DNA of 24,434 nt from an uncultured Thermococci archaeon (GTDB lineage: Archaea > Methanobacteriota_B > Thermococci > Thermococcales > Thermococcaceae): NCBI GenBank assembly GCA_964615185.1, contig CAZTOS010000031.1, positions 1 to 24,434 of the forward strand, written 5' to 3'. Positions 19,552 to 24,434 of this stretch are shown here, in pieces. Within the stretch, counting starts at the first letter, position 1; every line of letters starts with the position of its first letter. The position numbers and the translations under genes were made by a program. The notes under the pieces were generated by a model that saw only the letters and a program-made list of their open reading frames with translations, was not told where the DNA came from and ran no database searches.

Positions 19552-20482
19552 AAAGGGGAAGAGGATATTAGATGAAGTCGGGAAAGCGATAGTTGGCAAG
19601 GAGGAGGTTCTCAAGCTCATATTAACAACAATCCTTGCAGATGGTCATATTTTGATTGAAGACTTGCCGGGATTGGCAAAAACACTCATGGCAAAGAGCT
19701 TTGCAACAGCCTTAGGAGTTAAGTTCAGAAGGGTTCAGTTTACCCCTGATTTACTGCCCTCAGATATTTTAGGTGTAAGCGTCTTCAACCAAAAAACATT
19801 AGAATTTGAATTCAAGAGGGGCCCAATTTTCACAAACATATTATTGGCTGATGAGATTAACAGAGCTCCGCCAAAGACTCAATCCGCACTATTGGAGGCA
19901 ATGCAGGAGAGGCAGGTGACGATTGAAGGTAAAACGTACTATCTGGAGAGGCCTTTTGTTGTTATTGCAACCCAAAACCCAATAGAGCAGGAGGGAACTT
20001 ATCCCTTACCAGAGGCTCAGCTCGACCGTTTCCTCGTCAGACTTAGGGTCGGCTATCCAACAAAGCAAGAAGAAATTGAGATCCTCAAGAGGAGGATTGA
20101 GAGAAAAAAGGAGGAAGTTGATATTAATCCAATAGTAACCCCAGAGGAGGTCGTTAAGATGCAAAGGGCTGTTGAAGATGTTTATGTTAGTGATGCAATT
20201 TTGGAATACATAACTAACATCGTCAAGGCTACGAGGGAAAACAAGAGGGAGATTGAGATTGGAGCTTCTCCGAGGGGAAGCTTGGCTTTGCTTAAGTTAT
20301 CAAGAGCGTATGCTGCTTTAGAAGGAAGGGATTATGTGATTCCAGATGATGTTAAGAAAGTTGCAGTGCCTGCTTTAAGTCATCGTTTGATACTAAAGAG
20401 AGAGCTCTGGTATACGAGAGTCAGCCAGGAGAGTGTCATGGAGAGGATTTTGGAGAAAGTTCCCGTTCCGAAGTTTGAGTAA
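19529..20482 (+). CDS. moxR: MoxR-family AAA+ ATPase
   Basis: DLPGLAKT, RVQFTPDLLPSDI, LADEINRAPPKTQSALLEAMQE, YPLPEAQLDRF, GASPRGS. Confidence 0.95.
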   Translation: MKIEEVHEKGKRILDEVGKAIVGKEEVLKLILTTILADGHILIEDLPGLAKTLMAKSFATALGVKFRRVQFTPDLLPSDILGVSVFNQKTLEFEFKRGPIFTNILLADEINRAPPKTQSALLEAMQERQVTIEGKTYYLERPFVVIATQNPIEQEGTYPLPEAQLDRFLVRLRVGYPTKQEEIEILKRRIERKKEEVDINPIVTPEEVVKMQRAVEDVYVSDAILEYITNIVKATRENKREIEIGASPRGSLALLKLSRAYAALEGRDYVIPDDVKKVAVPALSHRLILKRELWYTRVSQESVMERILEKVPVPKFE

Positions 20483-20493
20483 AGGGGAGTCCT

Positions 20494-21732
20494 ATGGAAA
20501 AGAAGTTCCAGCCTACAGGAAAGGCAGAGCAGCTGTTGTTTGCATTGTGGCTCTCAGTCATGGCAGCTTTCTTCATGCTACGCTGGGATATGATTTACCT
20601 TACGTTACCAGTCCTCTGGCTGTTTTTCATTGCAATATCCTTCTTTAAGCCGAGGCTTGATGTGGAAATTCAGAGAATCCTGCCCCATGATCGAATTCTT
20701 GAAGGGACTGAAGTAGAGATAAAGCTGAAAATTAAGGCAAATGAAAGAATACCAAGCTTAAAAATTGTGGATGATTTACCAAAAGGTCTTGAGCTTGTCA
20801 AGGGTAGAAACGAGTTTTTGCTCTCCTTTACAAGAGGCGAAGAAAAAGAGATATCTTATAAAGTTAGGGTCAAACGCGGCATTCATGAGTTTAATTTCAT
20901 TAAGCTCAGCTATCAAGACCCATTTGGCTTTTTCAAGATAGAGAAAACAATTGATTTGTATGATGAGCTTATCGGAGTCCCTACAATTGAAGATGTTGTA
21001 ACCCCTTATTCAACTAAGGGCACAAAGGTTACAGTTGGACCTTTGCCTTCTCCAAGAATAGGGGAGGGAGTTGAGTTCCACGCCGTTAGGGAATATCAGC
21101 CCGGTGATCCATTAAAGATAATCAACTGGAAAGCAACTGCAAAGATTGGGAAAATAATGAGCAACGAGTATGAAAGTGAGAGGAAAGTTGATGTAATCTT
21201 AATCGTTGATGCAACATATAAAGGTGAGAGCGTCTTTGATAATTTAATAAGGGTTGCTGCTTCATTTATGCTTGACTGTCTCAACAATGGAACAAGTTTT
21301 GGGCTTTTGCTGGCTGAAGAAGTTCCATTGTGGATTAGAGTAGATTATGGAAAGAGGCATTTTTTCAAATGTATTGACTTTTTGAGTATGGCAAAGCCCG
21401 ATAAGAACAACATGATAGCCTATCAAGTTGAGCATTTAGTTAGGAGCAGGTTTCCAGCGAGGGCGCAGATCCTCTACTTTTCTCCACTCATAACTGAGGA
21501 GGGAAGAGAAGCTTTAAGGATGTTATACCGCTATGGTTACAGGGTTATGGTCATAAGTCCGAATCCATACTCGGCAGTTAAGCCTAAGAGCGAGGAAGAA
21601 GCTTTAGCTTTAAAGATACTCCAGCTCAAGAGAAAGGCCCATTTAAGAAAACTTGCTGCGTATGGTATAATAGTAGACTGGGACGTTAATAAACCTCTTA
21701 AAACAGCGATAGCGGAGGTAGTCAAGATATGA
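20494..21732 (+). CDS. DUF58 (vWA-like) protein, MoxR partner
   Basis: GEGVEFHAVREYQPGDPLKIINWKATAK signature. Confidence 0.92.
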   Translation: MEKKFQPTGKAEQLLFALWLSVMAAFFMLRWDMIYLTLPVLWLFFIAISFFKPRLDVEIQRILPHDRILEGTEVEIKLKIKANERIPSLKIVDDLPKGLELVKGRNEFLLSFTRGEEKEISYKVRVKRGIHEFNFIKLSYQDPFGFFKIEKTIDLYDELIGVPTIEDVVTPYSTKGTKVTVGPLPSPRIGEGVEFHAVREYQPGDPLKIINWKATAKIGKIMSNEYESERKVDVILIVDATYKGESVFDNLIRVAASFMLDCLNNGTSFGLLLAEEVPLWIRVDYGKRHFFKCIDFLSMAKPDKNNMIAYQVEHLVRSRFPARAQILYFSPLITEEGREALRMLYRYGYRVMVISPNPYSAVKPKSEEEALALKILQLKRKAHLRKLAAYGIIVDWDVNKPLKTAIAEVVKI

Positions 21733-22145
21733 AGATTGGGATAAGATTTTCCCCGATACCTTTAATACTTTTGACATCCATTCTGCTCAGCTATCCCAAG
21801 CTTCTACCCGTTTTAGTCTTGGCTTTACCGGCATTTTTGTCTTACTTCCTCGGAGTGCTATTTTTAGTGGCTTTCATAATTTTGCTCCTTTACTACAAAA
21901 TTGGGGGGATGTTTGGTGTTCTTTTAGTTTCTCTGGCTCTGCTCTTTGTGGAATCTGCATATTTGGATAGAGAAAAAGCGCCGAGAGAGCATTATCTGAT
22001 TTTAGCAGTTTCAGTTCTCTTAGCCCTGCCGACCTATTTGTTCATCAGAACTCTGGCAGTTGCAATGCCCCGTTTTGAAGTTACGGCGATAGCGATGCTT
22101 ATACTTCTCGTCTTGTATGCATTTTCGAAAGTTGTGACCGATTAA
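21729..22145 (+). CDS. Hypothetical integral membrane protein
   Basis: 138-aa hydrophobic ORF; ATGA overlap with the DUF58 gene. Confidence 0.85.
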   Translation: MKIGIRFSPIPLILLTSILLSYPKLLPVLVLALPAFLSYFLGVLFLVAFIILLLYYKIGGMFGVLLVSLALLFVESAYLDREKAPREHYLILAVSVLLALPTYLFIRTLAVAMPRFEVTAIAMLILLVLYAFSKVVTD

Positions 22146-22240
22146 GGATTGAGTAATTTGTTTTTTACTTTTCCAATTTGACTTATTTCGTGTTGATTAT
22201 GTTCATTTGTGTTATGTTTTTGTGTTAATATATGACAATG

Positions 22241-22255
22241 GAAACAGTTATATAG
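22241..22255 (+). promoter_or_regulatory. Candidate BRE-TATA
   Basis: GAAACAGTTATATAG. Confidence 0.45.
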
Positions 22256-22290
22256 TACTTCTGCATATAGTATTATTGATAATCTTAACC

Positions 22291-22687
22291 AAAGCAATTA
22301 ACCAAAAAGAGGCAGAATTGCAGAAGCTTTATGCTGAACTCGACAGGACTAAAAGTGTTGAAACTCTTGAGAAGCTTGAGGATGGGGTTCAACCTTTCAA
22401 ACTGGCAGTTTGAGTGCAACAAGAATATATGTTATTTGACAAGTTACAGACCAGAATTACGAGATAACCCAGATGATCCAATTATTGAAGAGTACTTTTT
22501 ACTTTATGTTAGACCATACTGTCTGGCATGCTGTAATGGAGGGGATGTAGGAAGTACGTGCCTATGGTCAAACAGACACTGTAGTGGGTGCTTTGCTCCA
22601 GATGCTTCAGCCTCCCAGTATTTCCCATGGGTAAATCGTCCATATCAAATGGAAATATGGCCAGAGTACGGGAGGAGATTAGGATGA
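22291..22687 (+). pseudogene. Fragmented gene: coiled-coil piece plus Cys-rich C-terminal piece in another frame
   Basis: KAINQKEAELQKLYAELDRTKSVETLEKL in one frame; GFNLSNWQFEC..EYGRRLG* (8 Cys) in another, ending in an ATGA overlap with the next gene; no convincing SD/start. Confidence 0.5.
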
Positions 22688-23748
22688 AATTTTTTAAACT
22701 CGTCTTATTTTTTATTTTTGCACTCATAGTGTTGGGACTTTTTGCTAATGAGCCATTTGATAAAAACAACACGAATTTAAAGAATCTGAACAAAACGAAT
22801 ATCTCTGAAATTTTGCCAAGTTTAATAGACAATAAAACAAACATGTATCTCCCTGAAACTAACAATACAGTTTCAAATGAGACGAAAACTGAGTACAAGA
22901 TTGTTGCAGTTCCAGCGTCAAAAAATATGACTTTTGAAGAAGGGGAGAGGGTTAATTTTACTTGTCCTGTAAAGGTTGAAGTTTTTGAATGGTTCTGGGA
23001 GACGCATACGAGTTTGAACAATGTAACATTTACAATTTATACCAAAAATGGAGTTGTCAATTTCACTTTAAAGGGCGTTAATGGGGAGTATGCCTGTTTT
23101 CCGGAGGGTCTCTTCCTCATTTCGTATTATCCAGATGGGCTTGTTAGATCGCGGGTACTATTTTTGGATTATAACTTAAGTGTGCGGTGGGAGAAGATTG
23201 TTGAGGGTGGCATACCGTTTTTTGAATACTATGAGGATGGGGTCTTGATTTTCTCGAACAGGCCTACCAATGTGGATCCTTATAATATTCCTCCCGCTAT
23301 CTATGGTGTTAATCTTTCCAGTGGGGAAGTTCTTCTTTATCTCAAGCTCATGGGGAAGGATATTTCTAATTTAAAGATTTTTGATGGGAAGGTTTATTAC
23401 GCCTCATACCGTCCAGTCAGTTCTGAGCAGAAGACTTACGTTTATGTCAGCGTTTACGATTTAAAGAGTAGAGAGTACAAGTTTAAGCAGGTTCAAGCAG
23501 AAAATGTTGATCATTACATTCTTGGGGCTGATTTGAAAATTGATGTGAATGATAGATTCGTGGTGTTAGCTTATTATTTATCGGATTGGATGGCCAGGAG
23601 TGATTTGAGGCTTTGTGTCTTCACCAGTGATCTTGAGCTCATAGGGTGCAAGAAAATTTACGCCACACCATGGCATATGAAGCTTGAAGGTGATACGGTT
23701 TACATAGAAGGAGACCCAAATGCTTACAAAATAGTGGAAAATAACTAG
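22684..23748 (+). CDS. Secreted/membrane-anchored protein, probable beta-propeller, many N-glycosylation sequons
   Basis: SD GGAGGAG at 22671-22677; signal MKFFKLVLFFIFALIVLGLFA; NxS/T-rich linker; blade-like motifs VRWEK, YGVNLSSGEVL, VYDLKSRE. Confidence 0.8.
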   Translation: MKFFKLVLFFIFALIVLGLFANEPFDKNNTNLKNLNKTNISEILPSLIDNKTNMYLPETNNTVSNETKTEYKIVAVPASKNMTFEEGERVNFTCPVKVEVFEWFWETHTSLNNVTFTIYTKNGVVNFTLKGVNGEYACFPEGLFLISYYPDGLVRSRVLFLDYNLSVRWEKIVEGGIPFFEYYEDGVLIFSNRPTNVDPYNIPPAIYGVNLSSGEVLLYLKLMGKDISNLKIFDGKVYYASYRPVSSEQKTYVYVSVYDLKSREYKFKQVQAENVDHYILGADLKIDVNDRFVVLAYYLSDWMARSDLRLCVFTSDLELIGCKKIYATPWHMKLEGDTVYIEGDPNAYKIVENN

Positions 23749-24434
23749 ATGCTCCAGCTCCCCTTTTTCTTTAGCACTTCTCTTGCTCTTAAGAGCCCCT
23801 GCCTGACGCAGTCCTCCAACGGTATCCTCTTTGCATAATACGCTAAAAATCCGCCAGCAAAAGCATCTCCAGCTCCTGTCGGATCAACGATTTTCTCTAT
23901 GGGCAAAGCTTTGAATTCCGCAAACTTCTCTCCATCATAGATGAGGACTCCATTTTCTCCTCTGGTTATCACAACGATTTTGGCTCCCCATTCATGTAGA
24001 ACTTTCGCTGCTTCTTTGATGTCCTCTGTTTTTGTTATCACTTTTGCTTCTCTTTCGTTTGGGAAAATTATCTCTGCATTTTCCACTATCTTTTTCAAAA
24101 GCTCAGTTTTCGTTTTATAGTCCTCCATATAAGTTGGGTTGAAGTCGAGGCTTATTCTTTTGCCTTTTAGGCGTTTAACTAATTTTAGCTGCTCTCCTGG
24201 GGGAATTGGTGCTATGTGGAAAACATCGGCACCCATGTATTCCTTCGGAATTTCAATTTCACCCATCCTTTGAGCAACGCCCATATCAACGGGAGCGTCA
24301 ACACTTCCATCCTCATGATATATCATGTAAATGTGAATTGTCCTCCCTTCGAGGATGTGAACTCCTCTAATATCTAAAATTTCGCTCAGCGTTTTTAACC
24401 ACTCTTCTGGAAAATCCCTGCCAACTTTTGTGAC
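23745..24434 (-). CDS. PfkB/ribokinase-family kinase, 5' end outside window
   Basis: DFNP, PNEREA, ITRGENG, DPTGAGDAFAGG; frame stays open to the window edge (VTKVGRDFPEEW..). Confidence 0.93.
   Translation of the reverse strand, partial: VTKVGRDFPEEWLKTLSEILDIRGVHILEGRTIHIYMIYHEDGSVDAPVDMGVAQRMGEIEIPKEYMGADVFHIAPIPPGEQLKLVKRLKGKRISLDFNPTYMEDYKTKTELLKKIVENAEIIFPNEREAKVITKTEDIKEAAKVLHEWGAKIVVITRGENGVLIYDGEKFAEFKALPIEKIVDPTGAGDAFAGGFLAYYAKRIPLEDCVRQGLLRAREVLKKKGSWSI

Noticed and set aside
22588..22683. Upstream extension of the 386-aa ORF
   Set aside because: A strong SD and signal peptide place the start at 22684.

Overview
Thermococcales (probably Thermococcus) chromosomal window. The housekeeping backbone is trpS, an FAH-family hydrolase, trm14, an RbgA/YlqF GTPase, a DUF515-KlbA ATPase-2x TadC pilus platform, an FKBP PPIase, a DUF4129-MoxR-DUF58 cluster and a PfkB kinase. 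The KlbA ATPase carries an Ala-starting LAGLIDADG intein. The main observation is a pair of IS200/IS605-type elements whose pre-insertion sites can be rebuilt from the sequence. (1) A ~1.28 kb element (~6425-7708) has an intact tnpB pointing AWAY from the right end, while a compact omegaRNA-like hairpin array at the right end appears to be transcribed divergently from a shared palindromic TATA box. (2) A 385-bp protein-less element (4497-4881, minus strand) consists of a left end, a promoter and a ~290-nt structured RNA with a collapsed right-end hairpin. In both, the terminal TCAG supplies the stop codon of a convergent host gene. Also present: an internally deleted IS6, two single-base frameshifted genes (CobQ-like, AAA_14 ATPase), a perfect 24-bp inverted repeat forming a mirror-image promoter, a candidate Trp-containing leader peptide before trpS, and a Cys-rich gene remnant coupled to a secreted protein. 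All family assignments are from motif recognition and recall, not database searches.
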